DNA from: Octopus bimaculoides
Taxonomy: Eukaryota
DNA length: 44,012 nt
Reading direction: 5' to 3'
Assembly: GCF_001194135.2 (NCBI RefSeq)
Contig: NC_068991.1
Coordinates: 74,455,985 to 74,499,996, forward strand
The notes beneath the pieces are model-generated. The model made no database searches and was not told the origin of the DNA. It saw nothing but the letters and a program-made list of their open reading frames with translations. Each line of letters starts with the position of its first letter. Within the stretch, counting starts at the first letter, position 1. Positions 11,233 through 24,663 of the stretch are shown here, piece by piece. The position numbers and the translations under genes were made by a program.

Positions 11233-14200
11233 TTTTCGTGGTACCGAGAATGGAAAATCAAGTTTTCCTTCTCTGTGACATTTACTATTTCCTGAGAATT
11301 ATAGCATCCGTTATAGAGATGCTATAATTCTTAAATAAATTGTTACTGTATCACATCGAAAAATCTGCTTCTCACATATTTTTTTTTATAATTTTTTTTT
11401 GTTTTTAGTATTATGCTTATACGTGTATAAAATTTAATTGACAATTTGAATATGGTTATCTTTTTCAATTAAAACTGAAGAAATTAAAACGAAAAAAATA
11501 TTTGTTTTTAATCCACCATATTTTCACAATGAAATAACATCAGTTTTAGAAATATATCGATGACCGCCAAAGGTTAAGCATGACCATACGTCCATGCATA
11601 GATGCGCAGGCTGGACTAAGTTGTACTTTTATGTGGTAAGTTTGTACTTTTATCGGGTCATCCCATAAATAATGCAGTTTTTTTATACTTCTTTTATTTT
11701 TCAAAATTAAGATAAACGAAGTTTTTTTAAAATCCAAAATACACCCTCCTTCATTTTCTACGATGCTCTTCCATCTATCTGGTAGACTTGCAAGGCCCTT
11801 CTTCCAAACTTCACTTGTCCGTAACGAAAAATATTCCTCCAGTTCTGTTCTGACCTCGTCTACAGAATTCAGATTTTTTCCGTCCAAATGATTTTGAAGA
11901 CTGCGGAATAAATGATAATCAGACGGGGCAATGTCCAGCGAATATGGTCGGTGGGGAATTGTTCCTAATTTAGACTGTTCCAGTCTTTGGAATGTCATCC
12001 TCGCTGAAAGTGGCCGAGCATTATCCCGATGGAAGAAAACCTTTCGTCTTGAAGCTAAAAATGGTCGTTTTTCTTCTAGCGTTGTCTTGAAAGACGGTTT
12101 GAATAACCAAATCTTTGAATGACCAAAAGTTTCTCTGCTAGTTCCTCAACAATTATGATGGGATTTTGTTCCACCAGGATTTCCAAGACGTCCTCGTCGA
12201 GCCCTACAGGGGGAAGGGGATAGTTGATTACATCGACCCCAGTATTTCACTGGTACTTAATCTATCGACTCCGAAAAGATGAAAGCCACAATCGACATCG
12301 GCGGAATTTGAACTCAGAAGAACATAGCGACAGACGAAATGCCGCTAAGCATTTCTCCCGGTGTGCTAGCGATACTGCCAGCTCGTCGTCCTAATAACAA
12401 CAACAACAACAACAACAACAACAACTACAATAGTAATAATAATAATAATAATAATAATCGACCTCAGTACTCAACTGGTATTTAATTTATCGACCCCCAA
12501 AAGGATGAAAGGCAAAGTCGACCTGGGCGGAATTTGAACTCAGAAAATTAAAACGGCCGAAATCTCGCTAAGTATTTTATCCGACTCTGCCAGAATAAAA
12601 ATTCTTTCTAATATAAGTAAAAGGCTGAAATTTTGTGGGAGGTGTTAGTCTATTACATCGACCCCAGTGCCTAACTGGTACTTATTTTAGCGACCCCGAA
12701 AGAATGAAAGGTAAAGTCGGCCTCACAGGGATTTGAACTCAGAACATAAAGACCCAAAAGAAATGCCTCTGAACATTTTTAACATTTTGTCTGGCGTGCT
12801 TACGGTTCTGCCATCTCGCAGCCTTTAGTAGTAGTAGTAGTAGTAGTAGTAGTAGAAGAAAAATAATATATTTATAATTCCATTTCCTTCTTTTTTTTTT
12901 CCTATAAAAGATTTCATGTTCATTCTAATATGCCGTTCAGTTTGGTCTAATCTAATTAATCTGAAATTGCTTTTCATAACTGTTAGCTCAAATGTTGAAA
13001 CTCTATACAAAAGATTGAAAGCAATTATTTATATATACACATTTACACACATAGATACATGCATACACACACACATACACACACACACACATATGTACAT
13101 ATATATCTGTGTGTCCGTGTCCGTGTGTGTGTGTGTATGTTTCCGTTAACTTAATATTATCTAATGATACAAATTGTTAGTTCATTAGCTGTTATATCTG
13201 CGTTAGAAGGAAGAGAATCGTCCCGCCAGAAACAATTTATATATTATAAGAACCATGTTCCTCTACCCGGCTGTTATACATAATTTCAATGATTTAGGAA
13301 GCAAGACATTTTATAGAATTGAAAACTCTTCTATCATGGCATCATTCTAGACATGGTTCGTCAGCATAGAAAATTAAAAGGAATTAATGTATTTGATATT
13401 TTCCTCTTTGCTCTGAATTTCGTTTGAAAAATTTTAGATACGTTTTTATTATGATGTTTGCCAATTTCCTTTATAAATAGTCAGTCGATAGATTTTCGAT
13501 TAATTCATTCGGAGAAAAGAAATAAGAAGCTGAATTTTGATTCAAGTGTAACGTAAAGAAAACAAGGTTTGCATTTTATTTTGGTCATTTTTTCTTGTTT
13601 TCCCTCGCACGCCACCGGAAGAAAAGCCCAAATACAACAACGGACTATGTTCAGTGTCCAAATCTTTCTAAGTTATGGGTTTATGTTGAACAACTGCTAT
13701 CACGTTTGGGAAGAGCACAGCTGTCCTCTGAGTCAATAATCTTTTCTACTCTAGGCACAAGGCGCGAAATTTGGGAGAAGGGGGCCAGTCGATTAGATCG
13801 ACCCCAGTATGCAACTGGTACTTAATTTATCGACCCCAAAAGGATGAAAGGCAAAGTCGACCTCGGCGGAATTTTTCCGAGTCTATGATAAAGATTGTTC
13901 CAGCGCCCCCTCTGAACATGCAAGGGAAAGCTTGTTTTCTCTGTGCAGTGGCTGTGGCAAAAGAGGTAGTGTGGATGAAAGAATTAGCCTGAAAGGATTA
14001 GCGACAGGCATCTTCATCTCCAGCCTTGGTTTGGTGAACTCTTTTATTTTCCATCTTAAAAAGGAAAATAAGGCTGGCGAGGAGACGCTTGCCACTCTGT
14101 ACATATGAGAAAAGATGGAAGAAAGTGGCAAGCATGTTGAGAGTGAATGTGCTTGCTTAAGGGAGAACATAAAAGTCTCTTAAATGGTCTAGTGGAGGAA

Positions 14201-16713
14201 CGTGGTTTATGGGGTCGCACCCGTCCCTCACTCCATCATCATCATCCAATTTTAAAAATATCATCATAAATTTTTTATCTTGTCATCTCATTCGATTCCC
14301 CGACCCCCTTGTCTGTCCTCTCTTTGCCTCTACCTTATGGAAATAAGAAATCAGTTAGGGAAGATAGAGACTGGAGAAAGAAAGTGATAAGGAATACTGA
14401 GACTGATTTACTGAAACCTTCAATCAGTAAAACGGTTACTTCTGTTGTAAACCTATTTTGATTTGTTGAATGCAATTCTTCCTACCACTTGAAACTAATC
14501 ATTTTTGAGGTGCGTAAATAATTTTACAAACACCTTCAATCAATAAAACAGTCTATTCTGATGTTTTAAAGCAAATATATTATTTTCAACTTAAATATTA
14601 GCTGATATGCAACAATTGTTGAACTTTTCAAATGTCATGAAAAACCATTCCAGGAAACTTATCGTTTAATTTTTTGTTTATGTATGAGGAAATTTTGGCT
14701 AAACTTTTCAATGAAAGATTAAGCTAATATGAATCAACTTAGTGCTGCAGAGAATGACAGTAACCCAAGACACTGTACTGTCGGATCGAACCTGAACCTT
14801 TGTGGCTGCAAAGCGAAATGCTTAACCATTCAGCCAATACGGCGCATACACAGACACACATACACACACACGTACACACACACACACACGTCAGATGTCG
14901 AAGTCATTGCAGAGCAACGTGAAATGTTTTGCTCAAAAATAGAAGGCTCCACGAAGTCCGAGAATTGAAACCACGATCTCATGATCGTGATTGCAACATA
15001 CTAACCACTAGGCTTGTCCCCAATTANNNNNNNNNNNNNNNNNNNNNNNNNNNNNNNNNNNNNNNNNNNNNNNNNNNNNNNNNNNNNNNNNNNNNNNNNN
15101 NNNNNNNNNNNNNNNNNNNNNNNNNNNNNNNNNNNNNNNNNNNNNNNNNNNNNNNNNNNNNNNNNNNNNNNNNNNNNNNNNNNNNNNNNNNNNNNNNNNN
15201 NNNNNNNNNNNNNNNNNNNNNNNNATATATATATATATATATATATAAAGGATTACGTGTGTATGTGTATGTGTATACAGACAGAGAGACATATGCGTGT
15301 GCATGTACGCTTACTCCCAAACATATGCATTCATATACACTTGCACACATGCACACGGACAAGCTTAATCGTCAGTAGAGTTTCCATGGTTACGTATGAC
15401 ATCTTTCCATCTTCTCGTAAGCTTTTTAATCCCTTATTGAAAGTCTTCTTCGGTTTCGAAGAGAAGAACTCTGAAAGACCAGCTTCGACTTCCTCAGTTC
15501 TTTCGAGAGTTAATTCATCCAAATGATTCTGTAAACTACGCAAAAAATGATTATCTGAAAAAGCAAAGTGTGCGGAATAAGAAAGATGGACAATTTTCTC
15601 TCAGTCAAGTTCCTCGATCTTCTGTGCATTTAGCCAGGTTCTTTCTAAACAAAGAAACAGATTGAAGATTATCGAATGTGGGGAAATAAAACTACTTCTT
15701 ACAGTCTTTCAGTCAGAAGTCGAGAAGCTGCTATATCTGCACAATGTAGTATAATTGAAGTGGAGGCGCAATGGCCCAGTGGTTAGGGCAGCGGACTCGC
15801 GGTCATAGGATCGCGGTTTCGATTCCCAAACCGGGCGTTGTGAGTGTTTATTGAACGAAAACACCTAAAGCTCCACGAGCCATCCGGCAGGGGATGGTGG
15901 CGAACCCTGCTGTACTCTTCCACAACAACTTTCTCTCACACTTACTTCCTGTTTCTGTTGTGTCTGTATTTCAAAGGGTCAGCCTTGTCACACTGTGTCA
16001 CGCTGAATATCCCCGAGAACTGCGTTAAGGGTACACATGTGTGTGTGCAGTGCTCAGTCACTTGCACGTTAATTTCATGAGCAGGCTGTTCTGTTGATCG
16101 GATCAACTGGAACCCTCGACGTCGTAAGCGACAGAGTGCTTCTCTTCCAGTATAATTGAAATAAGAATATGTAAACAATGTAGTTACAGATGAGATGCAA
16201 ATTTAGTGCTTCATAGTGTAAAAACAACAAAATAATGGGTTAATTAAGTTATGTTTTATTTGTGAAATACAGCAGTTTTGAATTTTCATTGGAAGGAGGT
16301 GTATGCTTATGGTGGTGAGTGTGTGGTGCGTGGGGCGTAAGGCATTACGAATGTGGCCTGGGTAGTCCGAAAACGTTCGGGAACCACTAACCCACAGCGA
16401 CACCTTAAAGGTTTCTGTAATATAGGTATACGAATACATACGCCCGCACACACGTATGCGTGTATGTATGTGTGTGTGTGGGGTGGGGTGGGGGGTCTGT
16501 ACGTATGTATATATAGTGAGAGAGTGAGAGGAAGAGGCAAATATATATATAGAGAGAGAGTGAAATAATAATATCCAACCTTTCGAAAATGAATTCCTTA
16601 CCTCCAAGATATGTAACTGTTACAGCCACAAAAAGTGCCAGACCGGATAAACCTTGAAATAATGCCATTGTTACTCTCCGTTGTAGTCTGTAAAATATAT
16701 ATAATGCATAGAT

Positions 16714-16757
<44 letters not shown>

Positions 16758-16767
16758 NNNNNNNNNN

Positions 16768-16807
<40 letters not shown>

Positions 16808-16942
16808 CGTATATGTACATGTATATATGAATATGTGTATATGTATATAGGTATAATGTATATGTATATTGTATATGTATATGTATAAATATTTGTTATA
16901 TGCATGTGTTTATATATATGTATATATATGTGTATATATATA

Positions 16943-16993
<51 letters not shown>

Positions 16994-17409
16994 NNNNNNN
17001 NNNNNNNNNNNNNNNNNNNNNNNNNNNNNNNNNNNNNNNNNNNNNNNNNNNNNNNNNNNNNNNNNNNNNNNNNNNNNNNNNNNNNNNNNNNNNNNNNNNN
17101 NNNNNNNNNNNNNNNNNNNNNNNNNNNNNNNNNNNNNNNNNNNNNNNNNNNNNNNNNNNNNNNNNNNNNNNNNNNNNNNNNNNNNNNNNNNNNNNNNNNN
17201 NNNNNNNNNNNNNNNNNNNNNNNNNNNNNNNNNNNNNNNNNNNNNNNNNNNNNNNNNNNNNNNNNNNNNNNNNNNNNNNNNNNNNNNNNNNNNNNNNNNN
17301 NNNNNNNNNNNNNNNNNNNNNNNNNNNNNNNNNNNNNNNNNNNNNNNNNNNNNNNNNNNNNNNNNNNNNNNNNNNNNNNNNNNNNNNNNNNNNNNNNNNN
17401 NNNNNNNNN

Positions 17410-17464
<55 letters not shown>

Positions 17465-20400
17465 CATATATTCTTATACATACATACGTACATATGTATG
17501 TATGAAACCAATTATACAATTTGCAAAAAAGTGATAGAAAGAATACATTGTAACTGATGTAGGGTGTGGAGCATCAAACGTTTCGGGTAGAGTCTTTCTT
17601 CAGGGTAAAGATGAAAGGAGAACATAAAAAAAAACAAAAAACAGTTTTACATCCTCTCTATTTCAGAAATTGATTGAGCAAGTCTTACTGATGCAGGACA
17701 CCAGTCTCCTTGGATTCTCTTGTGTAATAAACATCGACTCTTTTTGTGGGGCTCTTTGCATATTTTAAAAGTCATAATGTTTTAACGCATAAATTAAATA
17801 AAAAAAAAGAAGATATCTAAACATGCAGAATATTACCTGAAAAGTAGAATAGCCATAGTTGCGTTTCCCAGAATTTCCGTGAAGGATATCAAAGTGAAAT
17901 TCAAATACCGGTTTCCAGCTAAGCTATGCGACGTCATATACAGGCCGTTGTATGTGAGACTGTTCATCAAGCTTGGATTTTATGGAAGAGAAATATATAA
18001 AATATTAAATTTCAGATATAAACAGACGCATTTTTATTTTTATATTTAAATTTCAGGCGTGGTAAGTAGCTTGCTTTCCAGCCACATGGTTCCGGGTTCA
18101 GTGTCACTGCGTGGCACCTTGGGCAAGTGTCTTCCACTATAACCTCGGCCCGGCCAAAGCCTTGTGAGTGGATAAGACGGAAACTGAAAGCCTATCGTGT
18201 ACATACACACACACACACACACACACACATACACACACACACANNNNNNNNNNNNNNNNNNNNNNNNNNNNNNNNNNNNNNNNNNNNNNNNNNNNNNNNN
18301 NNNNNNNNNNNNNNNNNNNNNNNNNNNNNNNNNNNNNNNNNNNNNNNNNNNNNNNNNNNNNNNNNNNNNNNNNNNNNNNNNNNNNNNNNNNNNNNNNNNN
18401 NNNNNNNNNNNNNNNNNNNNNNNNNNNNNNNNNNNNNNNNNNNNNNNNNNNNNNNNNNNNNNNNNNNNNNNNNNNNNNNNNNNNNNNNNNNNNNNNNNNN
18501 NNNNNNNNNNNNNNNNNNNNNNNNNNNNNNNNNNNNNNNNNNNNNNNNNNNNNNNNNNNNNNNNNNNNNNNNNNNNNNNNNNNNNNNNNNNNNNNNNNNN
18601 NNNNNNNNNNNNNNNNNNNNNNNNNNNNNNNNNNNNNNNNNNNNNNNNNNNNNNNNNNNNNNNNNNNNNNNNNNNNNNNNNNNNNNNNNNNNNNNNNNNN
18701 NNNNNNNNNNNNNNNNNNNNNNNNNNNNNNNNNNNNNNNNNNNNNNNNNNNNNNNNNNNNNNNNNNNNNNNNNNNNNNNNNNNNNNNNNNNNNNNNNNNN
18801 NNNNNNNNNNNNNNNNNNNNNNNNNNNNNNNNNNNNNNNNNNNNNNNNNNNNNNNNNNNNNNNNNNNNNNNNNNNNNNNNNNNNNNNNNNNNNNNNNNNN
18901 NNNNNNNNNNNNNNNNNNNNNNNNNNNNNNNNNNNNNNNNNNNNNNNNNNNNNNNNNNNNNNNNNNNNNNNNNNNNNNNNNNNNNNNNNNNNNNNNNNNN
19001 NNNNNNNNNNNNNNNNNNNNNNNNNNNNNNNNNNNNNNNNNNNNNNNNNNNNNNNNNNNNNNNNNNNNNNNNNNNNNNNNNNNNNNNNNNNNNNNNNNNN
19101 NNNNNNNNNNNNNNNNNNNNNNNNNNTATATATATATATATATATGGATGTGGTTGTGTTTGTGTCTATGTTTGTCCCCCACCACCGCTTGACAACCTGT
19201 GTTGGTGTATTTACCTCCCCGTAAGTTAGCCGTTAGGTAAAAGAGCCCGATCGAATAAGCACTAGGCTTAAAAATTAAATCCTGGGGTCGATTTGTCCGA
19301 CTAAAGGCGATGCTCCAGCATGGCCGCAATAAATAAGTAAAAGATAGAAGATGGAAGATAACAGATAAATATGAAATAAGTTCAGTAAGGAGAATTGAAG
19401 TTTATGCTTCCTTTACATCGAGTCACTTTCGAAGGGGTCGAGAACGAATTCGTTGAACACGACAGCTAACGTGCGAAGTGTTTCCCATTCGTGTAGACAC
19501 TCAATCGAATTATTTTAATTAGCAACAATTAAACTTCTTAAAGATTACTTACCCATTTATAAAAATAATGAGTGTTAATACTCTGGCGAGAGGGTCTTTG
19601 AATATTGTATGGAACCCTTCTTGTTTAACAGCAACATTCTTCGGCGTTATTTCCACCTCAAGCGTTCTGTTTTCATTGCCATCGGCGCTGTTTAATGGAA
19701 CCATAACTGCTGTCTGTACACTATTTTCCCAAACCATATCAAAATCAACGTGATTTTCCTTCGCTGCTCTCTTTATTATTTTCTTACTTTTTTCCAAGTC
19801 ACCATTATTAAGAAGCCAACGCAAAGACTCTTCTAGGTACCTGAAAGTTTCAGCATGGGCAATTATCAGAAACGTTTCGTTATTTCTCTTTCAATTATCA
19901 CTGTATTGTGGCAATGCTTTTAAAATGGAAACAAAAGGAATAAATAGGAATTAAAATATATTAGAATGAAAAAGATATATACTCTATGATCTAAAATTAT
20001 ATAACATAGATATTTAAAATTTAAAAAGACGTTTTTTTAATCAAGCTCCATAATGCAGTCTACTATATGCTACAATCGAATATAATTTATTCATTTCGAG
20101 AAGACAACAATGTTACTATTTTAATCAAGGACTACCAAAGTTCCAACGTTTTGTTTCGAATTTCCCGCATCTGGCGTCTAGAATATTAATATTATTGCAA
20201 TCATTTGGAAGGCAGCAAACTAACAGAATCGTTAGCACACCAGATAAAATACTTGGTGGCATTTCGTCCATCATTACGTTCTGAGTTCAAATACTGCGCT
20301 CGGAGTCGACTAAATAAGCACCAGCTGAGACCTGGGGTTAGAGTAATCGACTGGCCCCATTCTTCCAAATTTCAGGCGTTGTACCTATTGTAGAAGAGAT

Positions 20401-20783
20401 TAGTACGATCATTCGACTTTTCTTTCGCCACCCGGGGTCGATAAAATAAAGTACTAGTTAGGTATTGTAGTCGATGAAATCGACTAACACCAGTCAGCAA
20501 AATTGCAGGCCTTGTGCTTACAATACGAAGGATTATTGTTGTTGTTGTTGTTATTATTATTATTATTATTATTGAGACAGCGAGCTGGCAGAATTGTTAG
20601 CACGCTGGACGAAATGCTTAGCGATATTTCGCCCGTTGCCACGTTCTGAGTTCAAATTCTGCCGAGGTCTACATTGTCTTTCATCTTTTTGGGTTCGATT
20701 AATTAAGTACCGGTGAAGCACTGGGGTCGATGTAATCGACTATCCCCCTCCAAATTTCAGGCCTTGTGCCTATAATAGAAAGG

Positions 20784-20824
<41 letters not shown>

Positions 20825-23150
20825 GAAGGCAGCGACCTGGCAGATTCGTTAGCATGCTGGATGAAGTGCTTAGTGGTACTTCATTCAGTCGCTACGTTCT
20901 GAGTCCAAATTCCCTCGATAAAATAAGTACTTGTTGAACTTATCAAGGTAATCAACTTATCCTCTCTCCGAAATTGCTGACCTTGTGCCAACGTTTGAAA
21001 CAATAATGATAATAATAATAATGATAATAATAATAATAATAATAATAATCGTTATCATATCGATACGCGCTCTTTTGCTGACGAAAAGATAGTTAAATTT
21101 TAAGAATTTTATATCGCCTGTCCATTTAAAATGCTATTTTTAAAATGAAATATCTTTAGTTTGAATACAACATTTCTTCACGTCAAATTTCATTTTCAGA
21201 AAAAAAAAATTATGTTACATTAGAGGCTTTTTAACGGAATAAATTATTGAAATTTCTGTTGTATAATTCTCGGCACCAGACCAATTTTCTCAGAGTGTGA
21301 GTACGGCCTATTAACCTGATTCTAGTTGAATATGAATTACCGATGAAGTTACAAGTATTTTTACTACTAGTGCACTTATGTTTCTACTAATTCCTCGTCC
21401 GTTTCTTGCCGATTCACAATCGGTAAATAACGTAAAGTAGGGAGCCGTTTTAGATCAATATATTACAGTTGTTATTCTATTAAATCTGTCCCATTAAAAA
21501 AACTTTCCATTTTTCCCTTCCTCGCAAAGTCAGAGAGTTGACTCAGATTTTTCGTTCATTATTGGACAATTTCGGACGAATAAGTATCAAGCAGTTGAAT
21601 AAATGTATTATACATAAAATATTGGATCATTTTATGATTTTGTGAAAGGGAAATGGGAAATCGTGGCGTCATTTCCTTTCTCATGGACAAGGAAAATTAA
21701 AATGGCGTCAGCGGGATTCATCTCTTTCATGTAGTGTTACAAACTTTACATGTATAGCGAATTTGTTAATTATCAACCAAAAGAGAGAAGAGGCAACAGA
21801 AGCAGCAGTGCGTCGCACTAAATGTGCAGTATTTAGTTTGGCATTTGTCAACGTTCTGTATTATATTTCGAGGTTAACTTTGCCTTTCATCCTTCCAAGG
21901 GTCATAAAACAAACATCAGTCGTAAACCGAGACGAATTTAAATGACTACACACTTATCAAAAATATGAAGAGCTGTTGCCAATATAATTAACCACATAAA
22001 GCAGCGAGCTGTCAGATCCTTAGCACGCCGGGCAAAATGCTTAGCGACATTTCGTCGTCTTTATTTTCTAAGTTCAAATACTGCCGAGGTTGACTTTGCC
22101 TTTCATCTTTTCGTGGTCGATAAATTAAGTACCAGTATTGGAGTCGATGTGAACGACTATCCCCCTCCCCTCAAATTCTAGGCCTTGTGTCTATAGTAGA
22201 AAATATTATTATTATTATTATTATTAAGTTAAAGCGGCGAGCTGGCAGAATCGTTAGCACGCTGGACGAAATGCTTTACAGCATTTCGTCGTCTTCTGAA
22301 TTCAAATGCCGCCGAGGTCGATCTTGCCTTTCATTCTTTCGGGGTCGATAAAATAAGTACCAGCTGAGCACTGGAGTCGATGTAATCGACTTATACCCCC
22401 ACCCCCAAATTGCCGACCTTGTGCTAAACATTGAAATCAATATGATTAATCATTAAATAAAAACATAAATGCAATTATAATATTCATTTGTTGTTTGACC
22501 CTAGATGAGTCTTCATCGATCAAACCAAAGAATTCCAACCGTGACCAACTCGCCTATTCTTTTTCCGGTCTATTGTACAGAGGGATACATTATCCTTTGT
22601 GATTTGAGGGAAGTTTGGCTGGTATTTATAACAGCTCGGAGTGGATCTAATTTTATTCGTCAGCAGTGTGATTTCCAATCTATCTCGCAGATAAGAAGCT
22701 ATTCGCTGATTAACTCTGAGATCGGTTGTTTATTTTTTTAAAATTAATATATTAATTTCTGATAGCTTCGAACCTAAAATTAATCCCATGCTAACCGGAA
22801 AGACTTCAGCCGTGGGGAATTCAAATAAAATTGCAATAATGGTCATTTTTATTTATTTATAATATTTATTTATTTATTTATTTATAATAAAAAATTAAAA
22901 AATAAAATGAAAATTACCAAAAATGAAAAAGTGCCATTGCATGGAAAATACAGAATACTTGCACATTTACCCTCCAACTGTAATTCCGAAGCAGGTACGA
23001 GATTGGTGCCAAAGGTAAGACACAGATGCCCCACGTGACACCGGTCATACCACACATTAAAGTTCGATTTTTAACGGGAAACAATTCCAACATTAATGTA
23101 TAGGCCGATACTAACAGACCCTAGGGAAGACAAAAATAATAATAATAATG

Positions 23151-23185
<35 letters not shown>

Positions 23186-24630
23186 TGAGAAAGAAAACAA
23201 ATTATGCTGGATCATAGATATAGCATGCCCAGCTGACAACAAGGTATGCGATAAGGAAGAAAGAAAAGTTGAGAGATATGACAGGTTAGCTTGGAAAGTT
23301 AAGCAGTTGTGGTCGATGAAAAAGGTAGCAATAATACCAATAATTGTTGGAGTCCTGGGAACAGTGAGCAAAAATCTCGAGAAGTACGTGGAAGAAATAG
23401 GGGCTGCAATAAGGGTGGAGCACTTGCAGAAAACAACACTACTAGGAACCGCTCGAATACTCCGGAAGGTGCTCGAAAAATAAGAGGCGTTACCTTAGTT
23501 CACTGATAGTAAACAGCTGACACTGTAGTACATCTCCAGCGTTAGAAGCTGTACAAAGGCGGCAACGACGACGACGACGACGATGACGATGACGATGATG
23601 ATGATGATGATGATGATAGGTCATATGTAAACAAACATAAGTTTGTTTTTGGAACGTTGAAATGTATTGTAGAACAAGTAGAAAGATATATTTTCAACGC
23701 GTAAATACTGAACAGTTTATATAAAGGATAAAATCCTTTTAAGAGCAGAAAAATTTGTCAGCAACCAATGATTACCGACAAATATTTTTCTGCTCTTGAA
23801 AGAATTTTATTCTATATATATACTGTTCAGTATTTACGCGTTGAAAATATATCTTTCTACTTGTCCTACCATAATAATAATAATAATTAATAATAATAAT
23901 TAGATTGGTGAAGAAGGATATTAAAGACAATATTACGTTTAGGCGTCTTTTAGGTAAATGCAGGTGATTTGTTTCCAGTCTAAATGATAACCTCACATTT
24001 CTTCATTCTCCGGGGAAGAGTCAGGTCTAACACGTTAGGTTCTACACATCTCATATCAAATACTCTTATCGGACTCACCAATGAATATAGTTGCCTCTGT
24101 GTGTGTGTGAAAGTTGTATTTGCACAACAGAGCTATAACCACGTATTTAAATGCAGTGACAGAGAAATATACATGGAAACAAATACGAAAGCGCGTGGTC
24201 TAGTACTTGAGGGTGGTGAGCTTGCAAGGTTGAAGTCATGGTTTCGATTCTCGAACTGGGCTGCGCTTTGTGCCATTGTATAATGCACTTCATTCCACAG
24301 TTGATTCATCTCTATTTTACTCAGCTGAAATTAGTGCCACCAACATCTGGTTACGTGTTAGCCCTGTGTCGGATTGACATATTTTGGAGTGTTGGTCAGT
24401 CTTGTACTCTCGGTCGCCTCTACACCTCAGAAACTGGGATAAAATCTAACAGATCATGCAGAAGCGTTCCAATTTAGTGAAAAGGGAAATGACTATGACA
24501 AACATACGCACCTGAATGAACTTACGCACAGACACACGCAAACACACGCAATTATGATCTCACACACAAAGCCGTTCAATCAAACAACCTAACCCCAACA
24601 CACAAATACACGCACGAATTTTTTCACTCG

Positions 24631-24663
<33 letters not shown>

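Noticed and set aside
15760-15835. tRNA-like sequence with A and B boxes
   Set aside because: It is the head of a multi-copy SINE that continues into a non-tRNA body and is bounded by a TSD. I could support no standalone tRNA gene in the window.
18046-19329. 300-440 aa ORFs (also at 28724-29553, 30986-31658, 32663-33988)
   Set aside because: They are mostly X residues from N-gaps and are not evidence of coding sequence.
20209-21002. Repeat-spacer-like periodicity suggesting a CRISPR array
   Set aside because: The units are ~200-bp diverged SINEs with microsatellite linkers in eukaryotic intron DNA; there are no cas genes.
22700-22845. Minus-strand [25 protein letters not shown] resembling the ELFPT motif
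   Set aside because: It has no splice sites and is in the wrong position; the true motif is in exon 3668-3788.
22971-22971. Apparent donor AGG|gtaaat after ..NYSWR
   Set aside because: The frame continues through a TM6-like stretch to TG|gtaatt at 22918, which gives the phase needed to form W-YLEES with the next exon. It may at most be a cryptic donor.
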